A stretch of DNA of 55,342 nucleotides. Origin: Pyrinomonadaceae bacterium (lineage in GTDB: Bacteria > Acidobacteriota > Blastocatellia > Pyrinomonadales > Pyrinomonadaceae). The position numbers were made by a program, and so were the translations under genes. Positions within the stretch are counted from its first letter, which is position 1; each line of letters begins with the position of its first letter. Shown in pieces: positions 16,800 to 27,612 of the stretch. The stretch lies in the NCBI GenBank assembly GCA_013696465.1, contig JACCYN010000379.1:1-55342 (forward strand), in the 5' to 3' direction. The notes beneath the pieces were generated by a model, which did no database searches, was not told where the DNA came from, and saw only the letters and a list, made by a program, of their open reading frames with translations.

Positions 16800-17125
16800 A
16801 ACGATTTATTCAAACTCCTTGCGGAAAGAATAGGCTTTTATTCGGCGCGGCAACGTCACAAGAGACGCATTCAATAAAGACGCTTAAACGACACCGTTTT
16901 TCAGTTTATGAAAATCAATCGGAGGGAGCGCGGGAATGATGTTCGGCGCGAGAAGCTCAAAGGTGGTCGGAATCAAAGCGTGTTGTAAAGGGCAAGGCTT
17001 TACGAAATCGTCGAAGCGGCAAACGTCGGTAACGACTTTGCTTCGGGAGAACGAGCGCGTGAGTGGGAAAACAGAACCGAAGAATATCAGATTGTGACGC
17101 GGGCATTTAAGCGCACCGAAGCTTT

Positions 17126-18943
17126 TTAGATTTTATCCGCCGACTTCGGAGTTGGCAAGGATTCCGGCGAAAAAAGATGCGGCCATCCTTCGCTGAGTCG
17201 CTGCCTAATCAGCTCTTCGGCGTCGTCCGCCGTATCACATCGCAAACACTCTTCGGCAATGCGTCGTGCGCTCTCCGCATCAATGTTGGCGATCATGTGG
17301 CGCACGCGCGGGATCGCCGAAGGCGTCATGCTTAAATCGCGCGCGCCGAGTCCGACGAGCACGAAGGCGTAAGCCGGTGAGGACGCCATCTCGCCGCAAA
17401 CAACGACCGGAATTGAATGGACGCGCGCCGCCGTTAAAGTGTAATCAATGCTGCGGAGCACCGCCGGATGCAGCGTGCGAAACCACGCCGCAACATTGTC
17501 GTTGCCGCGGTCAACGGCGAGTATGTATTGCACGAGATCGTTCGTGCCTAAACTGAAGAAATCAACTTCTCGCGCCAGCGCGTGCGCGGTGAAGACGGCC
17601 GACGGCACTTCGATCATCGCGCCCGTTTTGATCTCGCCGCACTTCGTTTCCGCGATCTTCAAGCGCTCACACTCTTCGGCTATGATCCGCCGCGCGCGTC
17701 TCACGTCCGTAATGTCAGACACCATCGGCAGCACGATTTTGAGTGGCACAGACTTCTCTGTTGCCGCCGCGCGCAAGCACGCGCGGATTTGCCTTCGCAG
17801 CACTTCTTCGTGTTGAAGACAAAATCGAATCGCGCGCAGTCCGAGCGCCGGATTGCGTTCCACCTCTGCTTCGGGTAATCCCGCTTTATCCCCACCGAGA
17901 TCAAAAAGACGAATCGTCGCGCCGTCTCCGCCCGCCAGCCGCACCACTTCCGCGTAAGCCTCCGTCTGCTCATCTTCCGACGGAATCCCGTTGTGCAGCG
18001 ACCAGAGAAACTCGGAACGGTACAAACCGATTCCTTGCGCGCCGTAGCGCCGTACCCCCTCATACTCGGCGCGCAACTCGACGTTTGCGCGCAAAGCAAT
18101 CTCCACTCCGTCGAGCGTGCGCGCGGGTTTCGCTTCCGTTGCGCCCGCTTCAACCGCGACGTTTGAGAAAACGCGGTGCGGTTCTTTTGCTTTGAATTCG
18201 TTGAGCGTGACGGTTAAAGGATGAAGCACGACTTCACCCTTTTTCGCATCGACCGCTATCGAATCGCCGGTGCGCGAGCGGCGATGCAGATCGCGCACGC
18301 CGACGATTGCGGGAATTCCCAAGCCGCGCGCGATGATCGCCGCGTGAGATGTCCACCCTCCGGCGTCCGAAATTAACGCGCGCACACGAGCGAAATCCAG
18401 TTCGGCGATTGACGACGGCAACAATTCTTCAGCGACGATCACCGAATCTTCAGTTAAACCTTGCTTCAAGGAGCGCTCACCGCCGAGCGTCGTGAGAAGG
18501 CGCCGCGTCACGTCTTCCACGTCCGAACTGCGTTCGCGCAAGTAGTCGTCTTTGATCTGCGCGTAGGCGATCAACAGACGGTCGGTGACGACTCTCACCG
18601 CCCACTCTGCATTCGTACCCTCTTGCCGGATGTAGTTTTCAGCCGCACCGACGAGGCTTCGATCTTCGAGCATCAGCAGGTGCGCGTCGAAGATGTAAGC
18701 CTGCTCCGCGCCGATCTCTCTCCCGGCGCGCTCTCTGATCTCCAGCAACCGTTTGCGCGTCTCTTCAACGGCTTCACGAAAGCGATTGATCTCTTCCTCG
18801 CTCTCTTCTTTCGTGAGCGTCGCGCGGTAAACGGAGCGCGCGCCCGTGTGTATGCGCAAAACCTGTCCGGTGGCGAAGCCGTCCGAGACGCCTAAACCCT
18901 GCCACCGCTCTTCAGCTTTCGCACTGCTTCCTTGCGCTTCCAC
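17126..18943 (-). CDS. ptsI: phosphoenolpyruvate-protein phosphotransferase (PTS enzyme I)
   Basis: GTG start. Contains the phospho-His region GGWTSHAAIIARGLGIPA and the PEP-utilising C-terminal barrel (GLYRSEFL, GTNDLVQY, VCGEMA). There is no GAF domain. Confidence 0.9.
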   Translation of the reverse strand: MEAQGSSAKAEERWQGLGVSDGFATGQVLRIHTGARSVYRATLTKEESEEEINRFREAVEETRKRLLEIRERAGREIGAEQAYIFDAHLLMLEDRSLVGAAENYIRQEGTNAEWAVRVVTDRLLIAYAQIKDDYLRERSSDVEDVTRRLLTTLGGERSLKQGLTEDSVIVAEELLPSSIAELDFARVRALISDAGGWTSHAAIIARGLGIPAIVGVRDLHRRSRTGDSIAVDAKKGEVVLHPLTVTLNEFKAKEPHRVFSNVAVEAGATEAKPARTLDGVEIALRANVELRAEYEGVRRYGAQGIGLYRSEFLWSLHNGIPSEDEQTEAYAEVVRLAGGDGATIRLFDLGGDKAGLPEAEVERNPALGLRAIRFCLQHEEVLRRQIRACLRAAATEKSVPLKIVLPMVSDITDVRRARRIIAEECERLKIAETKCGEIKTGAMIEVPSAVFTAHALAREVDFFSLGTNDLVQYILAVDRGNDNVAAWFRTLHPAVLRSIDYTLTAARVHSIPVVVCGEMASSPAYAFVLVGLGARDLSMTPSAIPRVRHMIANIDAESARRIAEECLRCDTADDAEELIRQRLSEGWPHLFSPESLPTPKSADKI

Positions 18944-18952
18944 CGGTTCCCC

Positions 18953-19225
18953 TTATTCTTCGCCAAACCCGGCGGCGATCACTTCGCAAACGTGCTTGAT
19001 GGCTTGCTCCGCGTCCTCGCCCTCTGCCCTGACGCGCAACTGTGTGCCGCGCGCCGCCGCCAGCATCAACACGCTCAACAGCGATTTCGCATCCGCCGCG
19101 GCGCTTCCGTCGAGACGTTCAATGCGCACATCGCTTGTGTACAAATTCGCGGTGCGCACAAGCTGCGCCGCCGCCCGCGCGTGAAGTCCAAGCCGATTCG
19201 GGATCACCACACAGCGTTCGCACAT
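18953..19225 (-). CDS. ptsH: HPr phosphocarrier protein
   Basis: 90 aa. Both the His-15 region (NRLGLHARAAA) and the Ser-46 region (DAKSLLSVLML) are present. Confidence 0.85.
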   Translation of the reverse strand: MCERCVVIPNRLGLHARAAAQLVRTANLYTSDVRIERLDGSAAADAKSLLSVLMLAAARGTQLRVRAEGEDAEQAIKHVCEVIAAGFGEE

Positions 19226-19690
19226 TCAGCTTTTCTTCGGGGACGAAAGCAATTCGCCCGCAAGGTAGATTCCGTCTTTGCCTTGATCGCGCACGCGCCG
19301 CGCCACGTCCGCCAGCGATTCTTCCCCGCCCTGACTCGCCAACTTAATCACCATCGGGAGATTCACTCCGGTCACAACTTCCACCTCGCCTTCGCGCAAA
19401 AACATCGAGGCGATGTTGGTCGGCGTGCCGCCAAACATATCTGTCAATATCAACACGCCGCGATCTTTTGTAACCCGCTGAATGGCGCGCTCGACTTCGT
19501 GGCGCGCCGCTTCAACGTCGTCGTGCCAGCCGATTGACACGGACGTGATGTGCTTGATTGCGCCGACGATCATCTCGGCCGCCGCGAGCAACTCGTTCGC
19601 CAAATGTCCGTGCGTGACGACAACTCCGGCGATAGGGCGCACGCTTCCGCCGCCTTGCTCCACATCAGTTTGCCCCGAATCAGCGATCAT
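19226..19690 (-). CDS. PTS EIIA component, mannose/fructose family
   Basis: Contains GVVVTHGHLANELLAAAEMIVG...VLILTDMFGGTPTN, as in EIIA(Man). Its stop codon abuts the ptsH ATG. Confidence 0.8.
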   Translation of the reverse strand: MIADSGQTDVEQGGGSVRPIAGVVVTHGHLANELLAAAEMIVGAIKHITSVSIGWHDDVEAARHEVERAIQRVTKDRGVLILTDMFGGTPTNIASMFLREGEVEVVTGVNLPMVIKLASQGGEESLADVARRVRDQGKDGIYLAGELLSSPKKS

Positions 19691-19729
19691 CGAATGACTC
19701 CTGCTAAAATCATTTATTCAATCATAGAA

Positions 19730-19806
19730 GCGAAAAGAAGATGCGAAAGTTGAGAAGAATGTTTCGTAAATGTTGGTGCGGACTTTGTGTTTCATTTCTT
19801 TGTCGC
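19730..19806. repeat. purine-rich imperfect inverted repeat (rapZ-EIIA spacer)
   Basis: The arms GCGAAAAGAAGATGCGAAAG (19730..19749) and CTTTGTGTTTCATTTCTTTGTCGC (19783..19806) are partly complementary. Confidence 0.3.
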
Positions 19807-19831
19807 AGAGTTACAAGTTCTACATCAGGTT

Positions 19832-20800
<969 letters not shown>

Positions 20801-20824
20801 TCGCTCGCCAATTGCCAACGCCTT

Positions 20825-21844
20825 TTATGTTTTGATCGCGCGACTCGCATGTCCTTTTGCAACTGTTATCCCGTCGTCTTCTTCCGACGCTTGAAGCAGT
20901 TCCGCGTGGCGACGCACAAAGTTTTGCGCCGCGTCCGTCCCGCGCGCACGCAGCAGATGCACGCGCACAGCCGTTTCGACGAGCGTCGAGAGGCTTCTTC
21001 CGGAGCTTACGGGCAACAGCACGCGCGGCACTTCGAGGCCTAAAATCTTTACATGCTTTTCGTCAAGTCCGAGACGTTCAACGTCTCCCGTCTCCGCCCA
21101 CCGCTCCAACCGGACGACGAGATCGATTGTTTTGGGGTTGCTCATCGCCGAGACGCCGAAGAGTTCGCGGACGTTGATGATGCCGAGTCCGCGTATCTCC
21201 ATGTATTCGCGGAGAAGTTCGGGCGCGCTCCCCAGCAGCGCGTCGTGTGCGATACGCCGCACTTCAACCGCGTCGTCGGCGACAAGGCGATGCCCTCGTC
21301 TGGCGATAAGGTCAAGCGCGCACTCTGATTTTCCGATGCCGGAGCGACCTTCAATTAACACGCCTAGACCGTAAACATCCAGCAGAACGCCGTGGCGAAT
21401 TTCGCGCGGCGCGAGCGCGTATTGCAGATGCTCGGAGACAAGCGTGATCGCTTCGGAGCTGACGAGCGGCGTCTGTAGCAGAGGAAGACCGGAGCGTTCC
21501 GCTTCCTCGATCATCTCGTGGGGGGGCACGAGGTTTTTCGTAATCAGCGCGCAGGCGATCCGATTCAAGTCGAGATTACGGATCGCTTCGCGGCGCGCGT
21601 CCGTGGAAAGTTGAGCAAGGTATCCGATCTCGCTCTGCCCGACGAGTTGAACGCGCCCGGAATGAATGTAATGTTTGAATCCGGCGAGCGCGAGTCCGAG
21701 TTTTTGAATGCGCGGGGAGGTGATCTGGCGTGTCATCGCTCCACGCTCGCCCGCGAGAAATTGCAGATGAAGACGCGCCGGAGCTTGCGCGCGAAAATCG
21801 CTAACGGCTATCGCACCGTAGTCCTCTTTATGCGTTTCGCTCAT
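20825..21844 (-). CDS. hprK: HPr(Ser) kinase/phosphorylase
   Basis: Contains HGVLLDVYGLGVLIEGRSGIGKSECALDLI (Walker A) and LVADD...IRGLGIINV motifs. Confidence 0.9.
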   Translation of the reverse strand: MSETHKEDYGAIAVSDFRAQAPARLHLQFLAGERGAMTRQITSPRIQKLGLALAGFKHYIHSGRVQLVGQSEIGYLAQLSTDARREAIRNLDLNRIACALITKNLVPPHEMIEEAERSGLPLLQTPLVSSEAITLVSEHLQYALAPREIRHGVLLDVYGLGVLIEGRSGIGKSECALDLIARRGHRLVADDAVEVRRIAHDALLGSAPELLREYMEIRGLGIINVRELFGVSAMSNPKTIDLVVRLERWAETGDVERLGLDEKHVKILGLEVPRVLLPVSSGRSLSTLVETAVRVHLLRARGTDAAQNFVRRHAELLQASEEDDGITVAKGHASRAIKT

Positions 21845-21918
21845 CGAGGAATTGATTTGAGAAATTGATCCCTTGACTCACTTGTTCGTTGTTTCAATGA
21901 GTCAAGAGATCAATTCTT

Positions 21919-22476
21919 TCAGGGTTCGATTAAACCGAAATCACCGTTGTCGCGTTTATAAAGCACCCCGATGCGGTTCGTGTCCGAATCTCGAAAGACG
22001 AAGAATTGATTCGCATCTTCTGACAGGTGCATCGCGGCTTCTTCGGGCGTCATCGGTTTGACGGCATAGCGGCGCGCCATCACAATGCGCGGCGTGCGTG
22101 TCGCGGTGGCAGCAGAATCTTCGCGCCCGTCGCCCTGCGGTGGTTCAGGCGTCGGCGCAACGGCGCTGGTCGGCATCGCCTTCTGATTGCGATCAATGAT
22201 TTTCTTTTTGAGCTTAACCGCTTGCTTTTCGATCTTGGCGATGGCGCGCGACAAAGCTTGATACATATCGGCGTTTGTGTCGGAAGCTGTCAATGCGTGC
22301 TCGCGCCAGTGAAGAAGGATTTCACCTTTCTGCCGGTTCTTTTCAACTTCCATGATGACGTGCGCGTTCGCCGTCGAATCGTTAAAGATGTGATCGATTT
22401 TACTGAAATGGTCTTCGACGTGACGGCGCAACGCATCGGTCACATCCACGTGACGACCCGTGTATTCAAACTTCAT
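21919..22476 (-). CDS. hpf: ribosome hibernation promoting factor, long form
   Basis: It has the N-terminal sigma-54 modulation/S30AE domain (MKFEYTGRHVDVTDALRRHV) and a C-terminal dimerisation domain (IVMARRYAVKPMTPEEA...FFVFRD). It lies directly downstream of rpoN. Confidence 0.9.
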   Translation of the reverse strand: MKFEYTGRHVDVTDALRRHVEDHFSKIDHIFNDSTANAHVIMEVEKNRQKGEILLHWREHALTASDTNADMYQALSRAIAKIEKQAVKLKKKIIDRNQKAMPTSAVAPTPEPPQGDGREDSAATATRTPRIVMARRYAVKPMTPEEAAMHLSEDANQFFVFRDSDTNRIGVLYKRDNGDFGLIEP

Positions 22477-22635
22477 GAAGCCAATCCCCCGATACTTTGG
22501 AATGGAGCTGCGCAGAGCGAAAAACGAGCGCTGGCGGCTTCTCGCCTGATCATTTTCCCCGCCGTTTAGCCACAGACCTTTCGAGATGTTAGAACAATGA
22601 AAACTTTGTGCCGAACGCTCGCTTTCGTCCCTCTC

Positions 22636-24228
22636 TCAGACGACGTTGCGGCGCTCGCGCGATCCCGGAATCTGCATCTGATCGCGGTACTTCGCCACCG
22701 TGCGGCGCGACAATCTGATGCCTTCCTTCGCCAACACTTTCACTATCTGATCGTCCGTAATGGGATTATGCGAATCTTCTTCTTCGATAATTTTTTTGAT
22801 CTTCAACTTGATGATGCGCGTCGAAATCTCTTCGCCGTCTTCGTTCGTCATGCCCTCGGTGAAGAAGCGGCGCAGTTCGATCACGCCCTGCGGCGTGTGC
22901 GCGTATTTACGATTGACGACGCGCGAGACGGTCGAAAGGTGCATTCCCGTTTCTTCCGCCACATCCTTTAGCATCATTGGCTTGATGAGTTGCACGCCAT
23001 GATTTAAGAATTCGCGCTGGCGATTCACGATACACTCGACCACGCGGTAGATTGTCTGGCGACGGTGCTCGATGTTGCGTAATAGATCAACGGCCGAGCG
23101 CGCCCGGTCTTTGATAAAATCCTTTGTTTCTTTGCTCGTCTCCTCGCGCTTCAACATGTGCATGTAGCTTTGATTGAGGCGGAGGCGGGGGCTTCCGTCG
23201 TCGGCGAAGTAGATCACGTACTCGTCGTCAAGCTTTTCGATGTAGATTTCGGGTGTGATATGGATCGTATCGTCGAACGCGAAACGGCGGCCGGGGTGCG
23301 GCTCAAGCTGGCGGACGATCTCCAACTGCTGCCCTAAAGTTTCGACGGGAACGCCGAGTTGCTTTGAGAGCGCAGGGATTTTGTGCGGCTGCAATTCGCC
23401 GAGCGTGTGCTCGCGCAAGATTTGCGCCGCCAAAGAATCTCCTTGCCCGCCCGCTTCGAGCTGCATAAGCAGGCATTCAGTTACGTCGCGCGCGCCGCAG
23501 CCTACGGGGTCGAGGCGCAGCACGACTTGTCGCGCTCGCTCAACCATCTCTTCGTCGCACCCGCACAACCGGGCGATCTCTTCGTTCGTCGCATTCAAGC
23601 GACCGCTCGCGTCTAAGTTCCCGACGACGCCTTCGGCCGCCTTTAATATCTCTTCGTCGGCCTCGTCCATCTGCAACTGCCACATGAGATGTTCGGTGAG
23701 AGAAGGCGGATGAGTTAGAAACTGCTCGAAGGTCGGGGCGTCTTCCTTGTATTCGTATTCTTGCGTTTTATAACCGGGGTCTAAATACTCTTGAAACTCG
23801 CGCCCGAAATCTATCTCCTCAAACGCATCGCGCGCCGGTTCGCTTCCGTCTTCGCCGTCCAATTGCACTTCGGCATGAGTGGGCACATCTTCATGCGGCG
23901 TTTCAAAAGGGTTTTCAGTGGCGGGCGTGTTGAAAATCGAATCTTCTGCCGCCCCATTCAAGTCATTGGTTTCGGGCGCGGTCGTCTGAAAATCAAAAGT
24001 GCCGTCTAAGCTGCCGCCTGAAGCTTGATGATCAAGTATGGCTTCGGCGAGTTCGCGCGCTTCCTCCTGCGACGCGACTTCTTCGAGCACCGGATTTTCC
24101 AGCATCTGCTGCTGAATCAACTCGCTCAATTCAATCGAGGTCATCTGCAACATCTCGATGCGCTGGCGCAACTGTGGCGTCAGCACAAGGCGTTGTGCGA
24201 GATGAGTTGTTAACCTAACCGATGACAT
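22636..24228 (-). CDS. rpoN: RNA polymerase sigma-54 factor
   Basis: Contains the region I LTPQLRQRIEMLQM, an acidic region II, and the C-terminal RpoN box ARRTVAKYR, read here as SRRTVAKYRDQM. Confidence 0.95.
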   Translation of the reverse strand: MSSVRLTTHLAQRLVLTPQLRQRIEMLQMTSIELSELIQQQMLENPVLEEVASQEEARELAEAILDHQASGGSLDGTFDFQTTAPETNDLNGAAEDSIFNTPATENPFETPHEDVPTHAEVQLDGEDGSEPARDAFEEIDFGREFQEYLDPGYKTQEYEYKEDAPTFEQFLTHPPSLTEHLMWQLQMDEADEEILKAAEGVVGNLDASGRLNATNEEIARLCGCDEEMVERARQVVLRLDPVGCGARDVTECLLMQLEAGGQGDSLAAQILREHTLGELQPHKIPALSKQLGVPVETLGQQLEIVRQLEPHPGRRFAFDDTIHITPEIYIEKLDDEYVIYFADDGSPRLRLNQSYMHMLKREETSKETKDFIKDRARSAVDLLRNIEHRRQTIYRVVECIVNRQREFLNHGVQLIKPMMLKDVAEETGMHLSTVSRVVNRKYAHTPQGVIELRRFFTEGMTNEDGEEISTRIIKLKIKKIIEEEDSHNPITDDQIVKVLAKEGIRLSRRTVAKYRDQMQIPGSRERRNVV

Positions 24229-24367
24229 AGCGCTTTATTGAAAAAGAATGAAATTGAATTAAGCTTGCCCTGCGCGAAGGGAGACGGCCGGGCAAGTCGC
24301 TAAAGGATTATAACCGATCTGGATTCCGAGCGTGCTGATTTTTAACTTCGCAAATCGGGCAAATTTT

Positions 24368-25216
24368 TCACATGCGAAACTTTTCGCCGAGATAAAGGCG
24401 ACGCACCTCAGCATCCTGCGTCAAATCATGCGGCGCACCGGCGCGCAAAATTTGCCCTTCCGCCATGATGTAAGCGCGGTCGGTGACGCCGAGCGTTTCG
24501 CGCACGTTGTGATCGGTGATGAGAATGCCAATGCCGCGACTTTTTAGGTAAAGAATAATGTTTTGAATGTCATCAACAGCTTTCGGATCGATCCCGGCGA
24601 AGGGTTCGTCCAGCAGGATAAACTGCGGTTCGGTGGCGAGCGCACGGGCGATCTCGGTGCGGCGGCGTTCGCCGCCCGACAACGCATCGCCGCGCGTGTG
24701 GCGGACGTGCCCGATGCCAAATTCTTCTAACAACTCTTCGAGACGCGCGAGGCGTGCGCGCCGCCGCATCCCCATCGTCTCAAGCACGGCGAGGATGTTT
24801 TCGGCCGCCGTCATACGGCGAAAAACAGAAGGCTCCTGCGGTAGATAACCGACACCAAGGCGCGCGCGCAGATACATCGGGAGTTTTGTGATGTCGCGCT
24901 TGCCCAGCGTGATGCGGCCTGCGTATGGGCGCTCAAGCCCGATGATCATGTAGAAGGTCGTCGTTTTACCCGCGCCGTTCGCGCCGAGCAAACCGACGAC
25001 TTCGCCCGGCTCGACGTGCAAACTTACGCCGTCCACAACCTTTCTTTTGCCGTAAAATTTTTCGAGATTAACTCCGGCGAGCGCATCCGGTGAAGGAGTT
25101 TTTAGAGCTTGTTCGTAGGCGACTTGAGGAACACGCGCGAAAGTTTCATCGTCCGACGTTTGAGCATCCGTCGTCCCGTCTATGGTTTGTGTCAACTCTC
25201 GCGGTTCGGTCTTCAC
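24368..25216 (-). CDS. lptB: LPS export ABC transporter ATP-binding protein with N-terminal extension
   Basis: Contains Walker [11 protein letters not shown], the signature LSGGERRR, and Walker B ILLDEPF. It sits between the lptA-like gene and rpoN. The GTG start gives about 45 extra N-terminal residues. Confidence 0.9.
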   Translation of the reverse strand: MKTEPRELTQTIDGTTDAQTSDDETFARVPQVAYEQALKTPSPDALAGVNLEKFYGKRKVVDGVSLHVEPGEVVGLLGANGAGKTTTFYMIIGLERPYAGRITLGKRDITKLPMYLRARLGVGYLPQEPSVFRRMTAAENILAVLETMGMRRRARLARLEELLEEFGIGHVRHTRGDALSGGERRRTEIARALATEPQFILLDEPFAGIDPKAVDDIQNIILYLKSRGIGILITDHNVRETLGVTDRAYIMAEGQILRAGAPHDLTQDAEVRRLYLGEKFRM

Positions 25217-25271
25217 TTCGTTTGACTAATAAATTTCAAGCGCACTCTTAAGCGTTCCGGGTCGCTGCCTT

Positions 25272-27599
25272 TTATTGCTGCTGACCGCGCCGCACGCGAT
25301 GCGTTGAGCGCACGCGCCCCGTGCCCTTCGCTCCGTCTGCGCCGTCGTTAGAGACGATGCGGTTCTCTCGCAGATAGACAGTCATACGGCGGCTCTCGGA
25401 AGTTCCCTGCTCCGCATCTTCGACGCGCGCCGGATTACCTGCGAGCACCACGGTTTCATCAGCCGCCGTGTACTGCGCCCAATCGCCCGTGCCGCGCTTT
25501 CCCGGTTGCTGCACAACGACGCTGCGCTGCGCGACGGTGCGTTCAACTTCGTAAGAATCTTTCAGCAGAAACACATCGGCGATTGCAGACGTGATGCGCT
25601 CCGTTCCCTGCTTGATGTCAACATTGTCTTCGTAATGCAGCAGGCGATCCGCATCTTGGTAAAACATGCGATCCGACGAAGCGAACACGGGCACAACCGT
25701 GCGCGCGCCCGACGCCTCTTTGCGGCGAACTTGATAAAGCGCGCTCTTCACGTTTCCGTCGCCCTCCATGCGCCGCTGTTCGCTGCGCAGGATAATTCGA
25801 TCCGCGCTCACGAAATTGTCGTCTTGCCACAGGCGCGCGTTGCCGTTGTAGACGGCGAGTTTCGCGTCGTGGTCAAACTCGGCTTCGTTGCCGGAAGCAA
25901 ACACGGGGCTTTTGACTTTGGCGAATGGAGTCGCGCCGTTCGTGCCTTCTTGACTGTAGTAAGTTGTCGTCACGCGGCCGCGCGCCTGCGACGTGCGCGC
26001 CCGCGAATTTGAATCAATCTCGGCGGCTTTCGTGCGTGCGCGCGAATCCCAGATCACGGGTTCGCCGCCGCGCAAGCGAATCGTTTCATCGGCGGCCGTG
26101 TAAACCGCATTCGCCGCCTGCCCGTTGCGGTCGCGCTCGTTGAAACGCGCGTCCAGTTGCGCCTCCAGACGCTCCACGTCCTGCGTCTCGCGCACGAAAG
26201 TCGCGCTCATATTCTGCGACGTGATGGTGCGCGTGGCTCGTTGCTCGGAAGGTTGAAGCGGCTCGAAGATGGCGCGCGCTCCGCCCGTTGCGAAAAATAC
26301 GCGCGCCAGATTTCCCGCTTCGTAAAATTCGCAATCGAAGCGCGGGGCGTGAAGCGTTTTACGATCCGCAATCGGAGTTGCCTGCACGGGTTCGACGACG
26401 AGTTCGGCGTTTCCCGCCGCCTCAATGCGTTCGATGTCGCGCCCCGACGCGCGCCACATAAGTTTCATGTTATCGGCCGTCAGACGTTTGCCCGCCGCGC
26501 GCGGATTGTTCGCCTGCGAGCGTGGCGCGCCGAGCGTGACGACGGGGCGACCGTCGGCGCGCATCTCGCGTAAAAGGCTTTTCTCGTTCTGCACGCTGAA
26601 TTCAGTAATGACGTTATTTGCGTTTGCAAGATTCATCTCGGCGTCTGAGTCGAGACTGCGCGCGCGAACGTCGCGGCGAGATTCGGCGCGCTCTAATTTC
26701 TGATCCGCGTTAAAGGTGAAATCCATTTCGGCGGAATGAATCTCGGCGGCGCGTCCCTCTTCCATCGTCCGCAAATAAGAGTTGCCGCGCGCCGCGATAT
26801 GTCGCACACGCTTTTGCTCACCGAGTTGAGCGGACAGCGTTTCGCCGCTCATAATGTCGCGCTCCTGCTCCGCGCTCGCGCCGCCGGAGAACGACAGAAT
26901 GAGCGCCGTCTGATCGAAGTCGGCGCGCGGCGCGCGGATCGTAACGGGACGACCTCGATGCGCGTTCCTCATCGCCGCTTCGTTGTTAACGTCAGGCTCA
27001 ACCGTAATTTCGACTCCGCCGCGCAAGTTCAGTTTTTTATTTTTTGAATCTACCGTCGCGGCATCAGCGCGGCCGTGCACGTTGTCGCGCTGAAACTCGA
27101 CGGGCACAATTGTTTCGGCCGTCTCCGTGCGTTGGTCGTAGGTGATCGCTTCGGTTTGCGCCTTAAGGCGGTCGCGCGTTTCGATCTGCACTTTGCCCGC
27201 GAAGGCAACGCGCTGCGATTCCTGATCGTAAGCCGCCCGTTGCGACGTGATCTGATCTTTGCCTTCGCCGGTTTGGGGATAAACTTCGAGGTGAACCCCT
27301 TCGAGTTCGTGGCGACCGTCCGTGTAAGTTATTTCGCGCCCCGCCCGCAAAAGCAAACGCAGACGCCCCGCTTCGTTCACCTTGTGCTCATAGCCTTCAA
27401 CGATTCGCTCCACCTGCTGCGAGAGTTCCGGGTTCGACGCGCGCAAACGAAACGGACGATTATTGCGCAGGCGATAGTAAGAGAGCGCAACGAAGATGAT
27501 GCCGAACACAAGGACGGCGAGCGCAAGGTAGCGCGCGACCATCGGCAGACGCGCCCGCAAACCAATCCCAAACGCTCTTCTTCGTCGAACTTCTTGCAT
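25272..27599 (-). CDS. LptC/LptA (OstA)-like multi-domain periplasmic protein, membrane anchored
   Basis: It has an N-terminal TM helix (YLALAVLVFGIIFVALSYY), followed by several LptA-like repeats (A..A.YD......L.G.V pattern, e.g. ANAVYTAADETIRLRGGEPV and GDWAQYTAADETVVLAGNPA). It occupies the lptC-lptA position upstream of lptB. I prefer ATG 27599 over GTG 27629. Confidence 0.7.
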   Translation of the reverse strand: MQEVRRRRAFGIGLRARLPMVARYLALAVLVFGIIFVALSYYRLRNNRPFRLRASNPELSQQVERIVEGYEHKVNEAGRLRLLLRAGREITYTDGRHELEGVHLEVYPQTGEGKDQITSQRAAYDQESQRVAFAGKVQIETRDRLKAQTEAITYDQRTETAETIVPVEFQRDNVHGRADAATVDSKNKKLNLRGGVEITVEPDVNNEAAMRNAHRGRPVTIRAPRADFDQTALILSFSGGASAEQERDIMSGETLSAQLGEQKRVRHIAARGNSYLRTMEEGRAAEIHSAEMDFTFNADQKLERAESRRDVRARSLDSDAEMNLANANNVITEFSVQNEKSLLREMRADGRPVVTLGAPRSQANNPRAAGKRLTADNMKLMWRASGRDIERIEAAGNAELVVEPVQATPIADRKTLHAPRFDCEFYEAGNLARVFFATGGARAIFEPLQPSEQRATRTITSQNMSATFVRETQDVERLEAQLDARFNERDRNGQAANAVYTAADETIRLRGGEPVIWDSRARTKAAEIDSNSRARTSQARGRVTTTYYSQEGTNGATPFAKVKSPVFASGNEAEFDHDAKLAVYNGNARLWQDDNFVSADRIILRSEQRRMEGDGNVKSALYQVRRKEASGARTVVPVFASSDRMFYQDADRLLHYEDNVDIKQGTERITSAIADVFLLKDSYEVERTVAQRSVVVQQPGKRGTGDWAQYTAADETVVLAGNPARVEDAEQGTSESRRMTVYLRENRIVSNDGADGAKGTGRVRSTHRVRRGQQQ

Positions 27600-27612
27600 T
27601 ATCAATGTACGG

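Noticed and set aside
16800-17125. The 326-nt spacer between ptsI and the Wza-like gene, screened for small ORFs (26-53 codons on either strand), riboswitch-like or sRNA-like structure.
   Set aside because: The candidate ORFs lack an RBS and have non-protein-like composition. I could not recognise any conserved RNA motif or strong hairpin by eye. It probably holds the promoter and 5' UTR of the exporter gene.
22598-22613. Minus-strand CGGCAC-aaagt-TTTCA between rpoN and hpf, considered as a sigma-54 promoter for hpf.
   Set aside because: The invariant GC of the -12 element is TC here. This is probably a chance match, and hpf may simply be co-transcribed with rpoN.
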